Source: Octopus bimaculoides
Taxonomy: Eukaryota
Length of the DNA: 64,000 bases
Direction: 5' to 3'
Assembly: GCF_001194135.2 (NCBI RefSeq)
Contig: NC_068982.1
Coordinates: forward strand, 171,169,640-171,233,639
Below, in pieces: positions 28,127 to 41,870 of this stretch. Within the stretch, counting starts at the first letter, position 1. Every line of letters begins with the position of its first letter. The translations under genes were made by a program, and so were the position numbers. A model generated the notes under the pieces. It saw nothing but the letters and a program-made list of their open reading frames with translations, did no database searches and was not told the origin of the DNA.

Positions 28127-28130
28127 AACA
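27989..28130 (+). repeat. Compound (CATA)n-(CA)n-(TA)n microsatellite
   Basis: Directly visible. Confidence 0.95.
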
Positions 28131-28637
28131 TATACTCACCTATACAGACACATACATATGCACGCCCACAAACACACGCGTGCGCACACAAACACACACA
28201 CATACATGTATTTTTATAATTAGTCTTGGTCATAATATATTTAAAGATATTCGCCACAAGACCTATATTATATTTCCAACAGTGACTTATATTTCTACTG
28301 GTCGTCATTTTCGAAAATTGCATATCATTTCCATTAAAAGCTTACTACTATTCTAGATACGTGTCTATTGGTTAACATCTTTACAGCAAGATATTGCATG
28401 ACATACCTTCGTTAAGTACGAGCTTTTTACAGCACGTGAATAACACCATCAATTTTATCTATTTTGGCTATTGTATATGTCATAGAGAAGACACGTTACA
28501 TAATGCTCAGACAACTACCGGACATTCTTCCATAAAGTCTTTGTGTCGAATCTTGATCTGAGTAGTGCACCGTCTCTTTGGGTAAATCACGTAAGTCTAG
28601 GTACTTCCAGTACGATCATATTGCCAAAGGGAATATC

Positions 28638-28704
28638 AAAACTGGTATCGAAGCCATTTATAAAACTGGTATCGAAACCATTTATAAAACTGGTATCGAA
28701 ACCA
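28638..28704 (+). repeat. 24-bp minisatellite, about 2.8 copies
   Basis: Unit tttataaaactggtatcgaaacca; one a/g difference between copies. Confidence 0.95.
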
Positions 28705-28897
28705 AGACAGCGCGACAGCGATAACGACTGAATGTTGCAACCGAAACATTCCCGTTTGAAGACGAATATGACCAGTTGTGAGCTATTGCAATCTATATTC
28801 ATTGTTACCTTTTACTTTATGTATATAATATCAGCTACATTTTCTTTAGTTATGTTTTTTTTATTACAAAACCATATAACACTTGAATCCAATGTTA

Positions 28898-29860
28898 CCG
28901 TGAAATGGAGTTACTTTGAACACTGGGGTAACTTTGAACAACATATAATATTTTGTTTCCTCTTATTGCTTTTTACTAAAGTTTCTTACACAATTTTTTA
29001 AATGTGTTGTTAAACTTTAGAATTATATTTCTTTGATAGTACAATTTCAATACATAAAGGAAAAATTTGTAAACATAACTTTTATTATACACTCAAAGAA
29101 AGAATTTTTCTACTTCTTCAAATGCCAGTGAAACAAACATTTTTGCAAGATATGTATACTTTTGTCAGTAGCTAAAGCACTTCTTGCATAAAATATACAT
29201 GCTTTTCTTAAAATATGATGTTATTGTAAATAATTTTCTATTGAAGTGTTTTTATAACTTTGGTATCTTTGTAAAAAGTTGTATAAGATATGTTCCCCTT
29301 CCCTTTGATAATCCAGCGGGAATACTTTGAACACCGTTGAAAGTAAACCCGATCACTACTTCCGGCAGTAAGCAAGCTGCTACTACGGTTAGAACTAATA
29401 GTGCCCAATATAAGTTAGGTTTTTAAGATTTTTAAATGTTTTTCCTAATTATGAACAATAATTCACCCTTAGAATTAATGAGGTGTAACCTCAAATTTTC
29501 ATTTTTTTAAAATTACGACTTGATAACCAGAATCAGTTCTTTCTGTTGCAAAGTATAATTCTTCAAACCATATTCTATTTTGTTGTAGTTTGAATCAAGT
29601 AATAAGATTAATTTTTAACATTACTGTTCAAAAAACAACATTACTGTTCAAAGTAACCCCAAATCAGGGGTTACTTTAAACAACGACAATTATATTAAAA
29701 AAAGTAATCAAAATATTGACTGCAACTTATTTTTATTTCATATATCAGCTTAACTATTTAGTCCCGCTAATATAGTCAAATTTAGTTAAGATTTTAAAAA
29801 AGGTTTTTAAATTATTGCAATAAGAAGTCTAAAACTGTTGAAAGTAACCCCGTTTCACTG
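28898..29860. mobile_element. Non-autonomous pogo/Tc1-like DNA transposon with TIRs and internal GGGGTTACTTTGAACA repeats
   Basis: Left end TA|CCGTGAAATGGAGTTACTTTGAACA; right end reverse complement CAGTGAAACGGGGTTACTTTCAACA; motif repeated at about 28925, 29318, 29336 (inverted), 29646 (inverted) and 29667; no transposase ORF. Confidence 0.75.
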
Positions 29861-29909
29861 AGTGTTGGCTAAAATCTATAGATACCTTCTGTAGTGTGTA
29901 GCACTAGTA

Positions 29910-30120
29910 ATGGTTTCAAATTTTAGCACAAGGCCTGCAATTTCGAGGGAAGGGTAAATCGATTACATCGGCTCGTGTTCAAATAGTATTTATTCTTATC
30001 AACCTCGGAAGAATGAACGGCAAAGTCGACCCCGGTGGCATTTGAACACAGGACATAAAGTCGGAGGAAATGCTGCAAAGCATTTTACCGGCGTGCTAAC
30101 AACTCGGCCAGTTTGCAGCG
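29910..30120 (-). mobile_element. SINE family B
   Basis: gcacaaggcctgcaatttcgagg...gaatgaacggcaaagtcgaccccggtggcatttgaacacagg...ccggcgtgctaac. Confidence 0.85.
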
Positions 30121-30734
30121 TTTTGTGTTGCACTAATTTTATATATACACATATAATTTTATATATTGAGATAACAATATTCGGACTACTATGTCTATTG
30201 TCATGCATCTACGACACCTGATTAGGAAGCATTTATACAGTCACTCGAACACCTAGAAATAGCAGCGATATTACTCACAAATGTTTCTGTAACGATCAGA
30301 ATTTTATTGGCTGTACTAGATAGACCTACTTCATTGAATATATTCGGATGCAGCTGAATAAAAATACCAAAATGCATTGACACACGGTTTCCTTGTACAG
30401 CTCAAATTATCAGATGTTGAATGGATTGTCTTTAAAAATATACAGTGCATCATTGATCTGGTGACAAAGATTTTTGATCGTAATAAATGTCGATGTTCTC
30501 ATGAAAAAGGAAGTATACAGAAGACGAGTTTAACGTGAACATAACCTATATTACACTCCAACGAACGAGTTACACCCATTTCCATTGCCAGCTACTACTG
30601 ACACGATTTCATCGCATTCTACTTATGAATTGAATCCAACTCCACATGAGAAATTATTAGTTTTATCTTTTATCATTTACTTAGGTCATTTATTGGATTT
30701 CGGTCACGTTGGGTCACCGCATTGAAGTGCCAGA

Positions 30735-31082
30735 GTGGAATCAATCACCCGCATTTATGGTTTTTTATGTCTATTACTTTTTCTATCAGTCCATTTTGAC
30801 TAACCGCTAGGTTACAAGTACGTAAGCAAACTAATACCGGATTTCAAGTGATGTAGGTCACAAACAAACACATAGACACATATACACATATATGCACTCA
30901 CGTATACAATATATATATATGTCGGGTTTTTTTTCCAGGTTTCCTCTTCCAAATCCACTCAAAATAACTTCGTCGGCCCGAAAATGTAGTAGATGATACA
31001 TCCCAAGATGCCATGCAATGGGATAGGGCCTGCCTGAAAGCATGTGGTTGAGAAGTAAACCTCTTACCACGCACCCATGCTA
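30735..31082 (-). mobile_element. SINE family A, diverged near full-length copy
   Basis: Reverse complement has the head (gcatgggtgcgtggtaagagg..caaccacatg), ttgggatgtatc, gggccgacg..gagtggatttgg, an internal TA/TG tract and the body. Confidence 0.75.
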
Positions 31083-31289
31083 TAAGAAACCCACAGACTA
31101 TTAGCTTATTTATCAGTGTAAATTCGGCATTTAGTTACGAGTTGTTCTCTCCCTTGAGTACCTGCATCCGTATAGTCAGAACAGTCAGTTTATCAATGAA
31201 AAATCTTCATCTCGGATATAAGGCTTTATTAGCAACAGTATACTAATCATTGAAATCCCTTTGATATTATCTACCTTTGCATCGCGTGA

Positions 31290-31475
31290 GCTTGCAAAAT
31301 CGTTCGAATTTCGTCTGTCTTTGTGTTCTGAGCTCAAATTCCACCGAGGTCGACTTTGTGTTTCTTCCTTTCGGGATCGATGAAATAAGCATCAGTCAAG
31401 CACTGGGGTCGATGTAATTGATTAATCCCTCCCACAACATTTCAGGCACTGTGTTTATAGTAAAAAGGATATTAT
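31290..31475 (+). mobile_element. SINE family B
   Basis: tttcgtctgtctttgtgttctgagctcaaattccaccgaggtcgactttg...cactggggtcgatgtaattg. Confidence 0.88.
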
Positions 31476-32214
31476 TCATATCTAAAAAGACTTTTCGAAT
31501 TCTTAAGGACCTATACAGTTTGACTTACACGCTTCTCTCAAGACATAACAAACAGCTAAATAGAGTAGGGACACCGGTCAATTACTTGGTCGTATACGTT
31601 TATTTCTACTTCGAGAATTTTTAAATCGAATGTCAGTATGATGATTGTATTTAACAATTTATGCTTACACTTAAATCAATGTAAACGCTAGTTTTTAGCA
31701 TAAAATTACTTGCCAAGAAACACATGATAGTAGCAATGACAGGATAAATTCCCTGGAATTATATCTGCTTATTCAGTACTTCTATTTACTCAAACGTTCT
31801 TATCCTCTCTCTTACTCTGTTATCATCTAAAAACTAAAGCCAAAATAAAAGTCAGAACACATTGCAATCTCAGTCAGGGGGTTCCCACCATATACTATTT
31901 CATCACATGGCCACACTACCCTTGAATTGTAGTCCCTGTCACAAATCAGATGTCTTCCATTCATTTCATGTCAGTTTCATGCCTCACTTCATCTCATTCT
32001 TTCAATTAATTGAGGCATCAAACCTCATATATATCAAACAATATACCACGATACACATAAAACATAGCATGAACAAACGTAGGGTTAGTAATTTTTTGTT
32101 TATATACGCGCACACAAGTATAGACAGATACATGTGGACGCACACATACATTTACACGAGCACAAAGCCTTTCTCAAAAAGTAGCTGCGGAAGCAACACA
32201 AGCTCAAGCACAAA

Positions 32215-32251
<37 letters not shown>

Positions 32252-32553
32252 ACACACACACACACACACACAAACTCACACAAACACACACACACACTCG
32301 AATACGCGCACATCTACAAATNNNNNNNNNNNNNNNNNNNNNNNNNNNNNNNNNNNNNNNNNNNNNNNNNNNNNNNNNNNNNNNNNNNNNNNNNNNNNNN
32401 NNNNNNNNNNNNNNNNTATATATATGTATGTATATTATAAGTATTATATGTTATATAGAGAGAGCAAGAGTGAGGGAGAGATAGAAAGAGAGATGAAAGC
32501 ACACACACATCCATTTACATATGTATAGCTCTCCCTCTTCCTCTATCTCATTT

Positions 32554-32635
<82 letters not shown>

Positions 32636-34074
32636 CGTGTGTAAGCGTATGTGTATATGCGTGTCTGTGTGTACGTGTCTCGTGTATGTGAGCGTATTAA
32701 GATATACGTCTGACAACAAACCAAGTCATTTTACAGTCTTCTAATGAATTAATGAAGGAAAAAAACTTAACAACAACAAAAAAAGGACTGTTTGAAATAA
32801 TATTAGGAAACAGAAAAAGAAAACAGTAAGACAAAATCGTAAATTATTCTGTATCAAAACACCCGGTTGTCTTATTTATGTCATCTACTTCAAAGAACAG
32901 CCACCTAAATCTCATTTTTCGGCTTGATGAATCATATATTTTAAATCTTCAATTTTTTTTGGTCGTTGTCTCTTCTAATCATATCTCCTCAATTGTTGGA
33001 AAGAATAAAAACAATATGTAGACTTTTGTTCTGTAAAATGTTTTTTGTATATTTTGTTTCTTTAATAAAGTCAGATTTTTTGTTTAAGAAAAGTAATGTT
33101 GTTATATCTCTGTTTCCTTGTTTATTTATGCTCGTTATTTTGATATATTTTCAGATTACTTGCTTGTCGTATGATATTCAGATTACCCACTTTTGACATA
33201 ATTATCGTAATACCAAAGTTATAAATCATCTAGATTCAATATCCCCCAGAAATTTCAATTTGTTGTTAATGCTATTAGATGTATTTGATAAAATATTTAA
33301 TATATTCGTTTAATTATACAAGATGGACTGTAGTTTCTTTAATACTACAAGACCACAAAATTCTATTGTAATAGAAGTATAGTCACCCAATATATTACTG
33401 TTTGTTATCGTTTTTGAACCCTGATTGATGGGAGAAGAAATTCAACTTCGGGAAATATTTAACTTGAGACATCTTGTAATGACACTAAATACAAGAATAT
33501 CAGTAGATGCAACAGTAAATACAAAGGATTTTGCTCAACTAACATTCAAAATAAAGGATTAATAACGCGTACATATCATAACTGTGTTTGTCTTGCGAGA
33601 ATCTTCATGTGAAATGTTGTTATAACAAACGCTCTAGTATATCAGAATGTTCATTTTCGCCATTAAAAAACATACGCATTATAATCTTCGGATACTTTTA
33701 CTATTAATACTCTACTAGTTAACTAATTAACCGTTTAATAAATAAATTGCTTGATCACCGATTTAATCAATCAGCCAGTTGGTTTTTGAATCTCCTTTCG
33801 TCCTTCATTTCATCAATGATGTTCTCTAGTCTACTCTGTGTCTGTTACAGCCAGAAACTTATGTGTAAGTGGCATAGAGAGACAAATATAGAGAGTCTAC
33901 AACTAAATGTCAGAATCGTTTAGATTATTCACTTTATGTGAAGATTTATTTTTCATTTGGCACCGTGAACATCCAGAATCGGCAAGCTGCGTATGGTACG
34001 AGCACATATTGTTTCATTTAAACGCATGCTTCCTGAAAAAAAAACATACTATGTTTTAACGCATACGCATGTCA

Positions 34075-34560
34075 AAATAGTGTGGGTGGGTGACAAGAAG
34101 GCTTCTTCTCTGCCACATGGATCCGGGTTCAGACCCATTGCGCGGCACCTTGGGCAAGTATCTTCTACTCTAGGCTCGGCCCGACCAAAGCCTTGCGAGA
34201 GGATTTGGTAGACGGAAACTAAAAGTAGCCCGTCGTATATATATATATATAGAGATATATATGTGTGTGCATGGGTGTGTTTGTGTGCGTGTGTGTTTTG
34301 TGTGTGTGTGTGTGTGTGTGTGAGTGTGCTATATGTGTGTGTATTTGTGTGTGTCTGTGTTTGTCCCGCGCCATCGCTTGACAACCGATGTTAGTGTGTT
34401 TACGTTCCACTAACTTAGCTGTTCGATAAAAGTGATCGATAGAATAAGTACTAGGTTTAAGAGGAATAAGTCTTGGGGTCGGTTTGTTCAACTAAAGGTG
34501 GTGCTCCAGCATAGCCGCAGTCAAATGACTGAAACAAGTGAAAACATTAAAAAAAATAAA
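34075..34560 (+). mobile_element. SINE family A, full-length
   Basis: tRNA-like head with B box (ggttcagaccc), caccttgggcaagt core, internal (TA)n/(TG)n tract, body and A-rich tail. Confidence 0.9.
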
Positions 34561-35090
34561 GGATAACGAAAAAAATATTTGCGTGTACATATAAGTGTCT
34601 GTAACTGAGTATGCCCGCTTGTCCATGAATATGACTGTAGTGTCTGCGAAGAAATTACATACATAGTCATGTAGTAAAGCATGTATTTGCTTCTTACTTC
34701 CTGAATCCCTTAACGTTTGACGATTTAAGACAGACTAAGCTACAACTACTATATCTCTTTCATACACTCGATCAATGAGGAGCCTCACTCGCATATCTAC
34801 TTAAAACCATTGTGAGAACTGTAGTTTTCGCAAGCTACACGCACACAAACAAACGTAAGCACACGCAATATACTAACATACGCCTCGATTCAATATACTT
34901 GGCATACAATATCATAAATACATCAAGTTTATACGCCTGTTTAGTGTGTATGTATATAGGAACCTACAAAGTAATATGCATTTGTATATACATCCAGACG
35001 CAAATATGCACGTGCATGCACACACGCATGAACACGCATACATACACACTCACACACATACATACATACACATACATATATATATACATA

Positions 35091-35125
<35 letters not shown>

Positions 35126-36341
35126 NNNNNNNNNNNNNNNNNNNNNNNNNNNNNNNNNNNNNNNNNNNNNNNNNNNNNNNNNNNNNNNNNNNNNNNNNNN
35201 NNNNNNNNNNNNNNNNNNNNNNNNNNNNNNNNNNNNNNNNNNNNNNNNNNNNNNNNNNNNNNNNNNNNNNNNNNNNNNNNNNNNNNNNNNNNNNNNNNNN
35301 NNNNNNNNNNNNNNNNNNNNNNNNNNNNNNNNNNNNNNNNNNNNNNNNNNNNNNNNNNNNNNNNNNNNNNNNNNNNNNNNNNNNNNNNNNNNNNNNNNNN
35401 NNNNNNNNNNNNNNNNNNNNNNNNNNNNNNNNNNNNNNNNNNNNNNNNNNNNNNNNNNNNNNNNNNNNNNNNNNNNNNNNNNNNNNNNNNNNNNNNNNNN
35501 NNNNNNNNNNNNNNNNNNNNNNNNNNNNNNNNNNNNNNNNNNNNNNNNNNNNNNNNNNNNNNNNNNNNNNNNNNNNNNNNNNNNNNNNNNNNNNNNNNNN
35601 NNNNNNNNNNNNNNNNNNNNNNNNNNNNNNNNNNNNNNNNNNNNNNNNNNNNNNNNNNNNNNNNNNNNNNNNNNNNNNNNNNNNNNNNNNNNNNNNNNNN
35701 NNNNNNNNNNNNNNNNNNNNNNNNNNNNNNNNNNNNNNNNNNNNNNNNNNNNNNNNNNNNNNNNNNNNNNNNNNNNNNNNNNNNNNNNNNNNNNNNNNNN
35801 NNNNNNNNNNNNNNNNNNNNNNNNNNNNNNNNNNNNNNNNNNNNNNNNNNNNNNNNNNNNNNNNNNNNNNNNNNNNNNNNNNNNNNNNNNNNNNNNNNNN
35901 NNNNNNNNNNNNNNNNNNNNNNNNNNNNNNNNNNNNNNNNNNNNNNNNNNNNNNNNNNNNNNNNNNNNNNNNNNNNNNNNNNNNNNNNNATATATATATA
36001 GATAGATAGATAGATGTATGTATATATTTATCATGTATATGTCTATGTGATATTTTATCACATACACTAACACACACGTATATATATATATGTGATAAAA
36101 TGATAGTGCTCTTTGAAGTGTAGGGCACTCTGGTATCTATCCTGTTTGACTATGATATATTTTCTTTTTCTTTCCAATTCCTTTGTTCGATTTTTAGTCA
36201 ATGATGAGGAAGTAACTATCAAGTGCTGTATAAATCTGCCGACAAATATTACATTGAACCTAAATTCTCTCTCTTTCCATATATTAATATGTGCATATAT
36301 GCATATATGCGTATGTACATATAGATAAATAGACAGATAGA

Positions 36342-36358
36342 TGGATAGACAGACAGAC

Positions 36359-36409
<51 letters not shown>

Positions 36410-36410
36410 G

Positions 36411-36462
<52 letters not shown>
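36342..36462 (+). repeat. (GATA)n microsatellite
   Basis: Directly visible. Confidence 0.97.
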
Positions 36463-36464
<2 letters not shown>

Positions 36465-36764
36465 GTATTGTGAGGGACGGATAGGTAAGAAGAGAGAATG
36501 AAAGTGACGGAGGGAAAGAAAAAGGAGAGAGTGAGCGAGATGAAATTGTGGGTTAGATAAGATTAACCATACAAACAGAAAAAGAAAATTCCAACGTGAA
36601 ATTGAAATTCTAATATATATGTAATCTAAGTGACAATGTAAAGATGAGCCGATATTGTTTCTAAAGTCAACAGGTGGCCTCAAAGAAGATATTTTCAGAT
36701 ATCTTAGACTCAGCAAAACTGATTCATCTCATTTTCTAAGACTAATAGATGCCCATATATATAC

Positions 36765-36809
<45 letters not shown>

Positions 36810-36819
36810 TGTGTGTGTG

Positions 36820-36861
<42 letters not shown>

Positions 36862-37254
36862 TATACACACAAACACACACAAAATCATATGTATATATAT
36901 GCGTATACATATTTTATGTATATATATGTATGTGCGTGTGTGTACTTGTATGTATGTATATTTTTATAGGGCAATTTATGACGCCAATTATTAACCATGT
37001 TTCTGAGAGAGAATGACGCGGGTGAGATTTTTCCATGTGAAATGCATATTACGTCAATATTTTCTAATCTATTAATAGAAGAAGGATAAGGGTAAGTTAA
37101 TAAAATTATCATCGCAATTTTAAGTTTTTTTAAAATTTAAAAACGAATATCAACCTGCTTTAGCAAGGTCACTGAATTGTATTTCTTGCTGCGGAGTCAA
37201 ATAAAGACAATTCCCTTAAGAATTGAACATGATATTTAAAATCAACTATTTATG

Positions 37255-37299
37255 GTAACGGACATGTTTCGAACTTTTTAGATCTCATCAGTTCATCAC
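37255..37299 (-). ncRNA. Minimal type I hammerhead ribozyme-like motif
   Basis: Minus strand GTGATG-aa-CTGATGA-GATCT AAAA AGTTC-GAAA-CATG-TC-CGTTAC: all core nucleotides present, G-C closing stem II (4 of 5 pairs), palindrome ACATGT, GUC triplet; 6-bp stem I offset by a 2-nt insertion. Confidence 0.6.
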
Positions 37300-38724
37300 A
37301 TTTCTGCTATAGCTTTTAATATTTTAGCTACAGAAATCTGCCTTCGCCAGTTGCTAGCTTCTCTGCTTTACACATATTATCTCCTATAGAAAGAATCCTC
37401 TTGTCGCTTTGGTTGTTGATTCAAGATTCCCCCATGCACACACACATGCATTTGCATACAGAAATATATATCTATCTATCCATCTAACTCTATATATACA
37501 TACATATATACATATTTTTTAATAATATATATGTGTGATTAAAATTATACATGAAGGGAAGGAACACTAAGTGGCCTTCTTACATGCTAAAACGAGACAT
37601 CGAATCGCCAAACCACAGAAAAAACATTCTTATTTATGCACGTTGCATTAAAGAGACTAGATATTTCCATACGCCGAAGTTACACCATTAATGATTAAAT
37701 AAATAAGTAAATAAATAAATGAATAGATGCATCACTCATCTGTGGATCTTGAGTAGAAACTGGGGGGTGGGGGTGGACATATATTTGTAAAACTCGAATA
37801 TATACCGTATCACAAACGAGACATGTGCATATCGAGTGTTATCGTAATAAATCGTGAATTCAATTCAAGTGTCCTCAAGCAACGTGCCAAGCCAGAATAA
37901 AGCATCAGAGAATAACAATTCAGCGGTCAATTATCTGAACCAAGAATTAAAATATATAAATATAAATATACTGGGTAAACATTATTAAAAATAAGAATAT
38001 ATACCAGTGGCCAGCATGTGTAAAACAATGTCCGTATAATATATACACGTGTATAAAATTATTGTCCTGCCTGCCTACATTCAGGGTGCATAAATAAGAA
38101 TGTTTTTTCGTGGTTTGGAGATATGACATCGCTTTTCAACATGTAGGAAGACCACTTAGATTTTCTTCCGCTCATGTATAATGTTATACACACGTACGTA
38201 TTAATAATTTTTACCCTTTATATTTATATATATACACACACACATTGAGAGAAAGAGATGGAGAGGGAGAGACATAGTTTCCTGCGTGTTCAGTTAGATA
38301 TACGACTTTTACTGATGAATTTATAGCTCCACGTACAATATCATCATCCAGTCTTCCTAGTGGTGTGGTTACTACTGTACATAACATTATTACCGGCTAC
38401 GGTATACAGAGCAGATATATGAAAAACACTATGATAAAAACAAGATGAACTTTATACCATTTGTTCTCTAAACACTTTTCACCATTATTGTTATTTGCAT
38501 TCTTTGCAAAGTGTTTTCATATTGCATCCACAATAGTTCTTTAGAGGAATACTTTATTGCATTATGTACATGTTGATCAATACATACCATAATAAAGTTT
38601 TCCACTGTAAAGCTCAACATTCAATTGCGCTATGTAAATTCATTCCAGAGGATGTAACCACAACGGCGAAACGTAGGTAGTGAATAAATGGTCCAAATAT
38701 ATCTTGTGCTTATCATATATTTTG

Positions 38725-38787
<63 letters not shown>

Positions 38788-39011
38788 NNNNNNNNNNNNN
38801 NNNNNNNNNNNNNNNNNNNNNNNNNNNNNNNNNNNNNNNNNNNNNNNNNNNNNNNNNNNNNNNNNNNNNNNNNNNNNNNNNNNNNNNNNNNNNNNNNNNN
38901 NNNNNNNNNNNNNNNNNNNNNNNNNNNNNNNNNNNNNNNNNNNNNNNNNNNNNNNNNNNNNNNNNNNNNNNNNNNNNNNNNNNNNNNNNNNNNNNNNNNN
39001 NNNNNNNNNNN

Positions 39012-39312
39012 AGCCTCGGGCCGACCAGAGCCTTGTGAGTGGATTTGGTAGACGGAAACTGAAAGAAGACCGTCGCATATATGTATATATATGTGTGTGT
39101 GTGTTTGTGTCTGTGTTTGTCCCCCTAGCATTGCTTGACAAACAATGCTGGTGTGTTTATGTCCCCGTCACTTAGCGGTTCGGCAAAAAGAGACCGATAG
39201 AATAAGTACTAGGCTTACAAAGAATAAGTCCTGGGGTCGATTTGCTCGACTAAATGCGGTGCTCCAGCATGGCCGCAGTCAAATGACTGAAACAAGTAAA
39301 AGAATAAAAGAA
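39012..39312 (+). mobile_element. SINE family A (head lost in gap), low divergence
   Basis: agcctcgggccgaccagagccttgtgagtggatttggtagacggaaactg...ctggggtcgatttgctcgactaa...gctccagcatggccgcagtcaaatgactgaaacaagtaaaagaataaaagaat. Confidence 0.92.
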
Positions 39313-40389
39313 TATATATATACATGCATATATGGGTACAGGACATCACCAACGTTTCAAACAACATGAAATACACAAGCAAACGGGTTAAATACATAAA
39401 CAACGAGAAAAAAAGTGGAGAAAAGGACAAGTAAACACCGAGAAAGGAAACTTCAACAGTTGTCAGCTATCTATCTACTTCTCATTTCAAGCATTCAACG
39501 ACAATATGAGTCTTCACTAACAGTTGCTCCCACAAATTCTAAAATAAAATTTAGAATTTATGGAGGGTCAAAGTTGGGAACAAAAACATGACAGTGCAGA
39601 CATACAAGGAAACCGAGCTAAAACAAACATGGAGGATCGTTAGAACATAACGAGCGAAAAATAGTGAACGCTGTGAGAAATATTTTTTTGAAACGAGAAA
39701 AGATAGCAGAGGGGAGAAAAACGTCCACTCCTTTGAACGTCTGTGCAGGAAAAGAAAGATGACCGGTTATTTGGTTACGTATACAGATATGATGATAATC
39801 TGTATNNNNNNNNNNNNNNNNNNNNNNNNNNNNNNNNNNNNNNNNNNNNNNNNNNNNNNNNNNNNNNNNNNNNNNNNNNNNNNNNNNNNNNNNNNNNNNN
39901 NNNNNNNNNNNNNNNNNNNNNNNNNNNNNNNNNNNNNNNNNNNNNNNNNNNNNNNNNNNNNNNNNNNNNNNNNNNNNNNNNNNNNNNNNNNNNNNNNNNN
40001 NNNNNNNNNNNNNNNNNNNNNNNNNNNNNNNNNNNNNNNNNNNNNNNNNNNNNNNNNNNNNNNNNNNNNNNNNNNNNNNNNNATATATATATACATATTT
40101 AGTCATCACATTTTAATAATAGATTGTCAAAATTCATATTGAAACTTCTTGATAAGAATTTGTCTGAAACTATTGGGAAATCATAGCCGTTTTGATGAAT
40201 TTCCAACATTGGCAAACTTAAAGGTTTCTTTAAAGAATAGATATTCCTTGTATATTTATTTTAATTCACTTTAATTTTCTCCTACCAACTCTCTATAGGT
40301 TGGTCTATCCATTCATCCATCGAGCTGTCAATCTATATACACATCTACCCAGCAATTTCTCTATGCGTCTATATATTGCCTCACGTTTC

Positions 40390-40459
<70 letters not shown>

Positions 40460-40874
40460 CCTGCAGCTACCTACCTACGCATATATGTATATATATGTTT
40501 ATAATTTTCTAAATATCTGTTAGGTCATTCATCAGTCCTTAATTTTTAAACTCTATACGTGTGACTTTCATGCATTCCAGAAGAGACACACATTTTCTAT
40601 ACATTACTTCTCTATCCCTCTTTTTGTATTTCCCACCTCCCTCCGTCTTTTTATCGTTTGTCTTTTACTTTTAGTTCGTTTCATACTTCAATTCAGTTTT
40701 CCTTTCAATTTGCTTTTAATTTCCTTTTTCTATTCTCTTTCTTTCCTTTCATACTTCCTTCGTTCCTTCTTCACTCATATTTTTCTTCCGCATTATTGTT
40801 ATTTTTACTATATTTATATTATCAGTTTGACAAATACAGAAACTTACTATTTTACAATAATGTTATATGTGGTA

Positions 40875-40952
40875 GGAGTTATTGACCCCTTTCGTGGTCA
40901 ATTAAATAAGTTCCAGTTACGCACTGGGTCGATGTAATCGACTTAATCCCTT
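40875..40952 (+). mobile_element. SINE family B fragment
   Basis: cctttcgtggtcaattaaataagttccagttacgcactgggtcgatgtaatcgacttaatccc. Confidence 0.8.
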
Positions 40953-40953
40953 T

Positions 40954-40954
<1 letters not shown>

Positions 40955-41030
<76 letters not shown>

Positions 41031-41045
41031 CATCATCATCATTAT
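40955..41045 (+). repeat. (TCA)n(TTA)n(TCA)n compound microsatellite
   Basis: Directly visible. Confidence 0.95.
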
Positions 41046-41046
41046 T

Positions 41047-41870
41047 CCTAGACGGTGAGCAGGTGTGGTCGCCGTTTGTCAGACATGATTTTTCATAGCT
41101 CGTCTCTTTGTCTGAGCAGCATTCCTGGATCAAGCCTTGTACCTAGAGAGTCATCAGGCACTCACAGTGCTGTCAGCCAGGCTTTTGCGGTTCTTCTATA
41201 TACAGTGAGTGGCAGGCAAGATCAACGACGTTCATGGGGACACTCAGGGAGTCGATGAGAATGAGAAGGCAGGTTTGTTCCGGAGGACTTTCCGGCCGGC
41301 GTGGATGAATATGTGTGTGCTACCAAGGGGCATTGACGATTCGAGATAAAGTCTACAGGCAGTCACCCGGGTTTGCCGGAGGTGCATGCTGAGCGACGAA
41401 ACTGCTCTGAATGCTCTCGTCCAGTGCCTGAGCGTTGCTGACTTCTGCGTTTATGTCGAACACCTGTTGTCACGGGTATGACGGATCCGGCTATTGGCTG
41501 AGTCCATAGTGAAGATCGCCCTGCCACCTTCCTTCGGTCGGGAAGGACAGGTAGTGTTTTTTTTCTCTGGTGGCCTTACCGAACGTGGTTGTGTGGTGGA
41601 CCAGGTTGAAAGGACTGAAGACAGCCACTTACCTCTTTGGCCAAGCCTTTCTCAACATTTTCAAGTTTCCCTTGAAAGGGAAAGTGAGAGTAGAGGGGGA
41701 AAACGTGGGTGAATTTTGCGCGTATAGTCCGAGTGAACGAGCCTATTCTAAGTATGCGCCTCTAGATCGAGGGTAGATGAAGTGGAGAAGGCACTTGCAC
41801 TAGAGGTGAGAACGATAGAGTTTATTGTGGGGTTTCCACGAGCAGCTTTTGGAAAACTCCGTCTTTTGGT
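41047..41870 (+). mobile_element. Tx1/L1-clade non-LTR retrotransposon, 5'-truncated 3' end (zinc-binding region downstream of RT)
   Basis: GC-rich island translating to ALTIRDKVYR...C.LSDETALNALVQC..VADFCVYVEHLL...VKIALPPSFGREGQVVF...VVVWWTRLKG; the GxLxxxxx..CxxC..ET..HAL..C and W..R pattern is typical of Tx1-like ORF2 ends; disrupted frames. Confidence 0.65.

Noticed and set aside
28638-28704. 24-bp repeats as a possible CRISPR array
   Set aside because: No spacers, eukaryotic context and no cas genes; an ordinary minisatellite.
34075-34150. tRNA-like A/B boxes in SINE heads as tRNA genes
   Set aside because: They continue into SINE bodies and no complete cloverleaf is evident.
39330-39760. 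A-rich segment that looks like a dispersed repeat
   Set aside because: Single copy in the window with no diagnostic motif; cannot be classified from the sequence alone.
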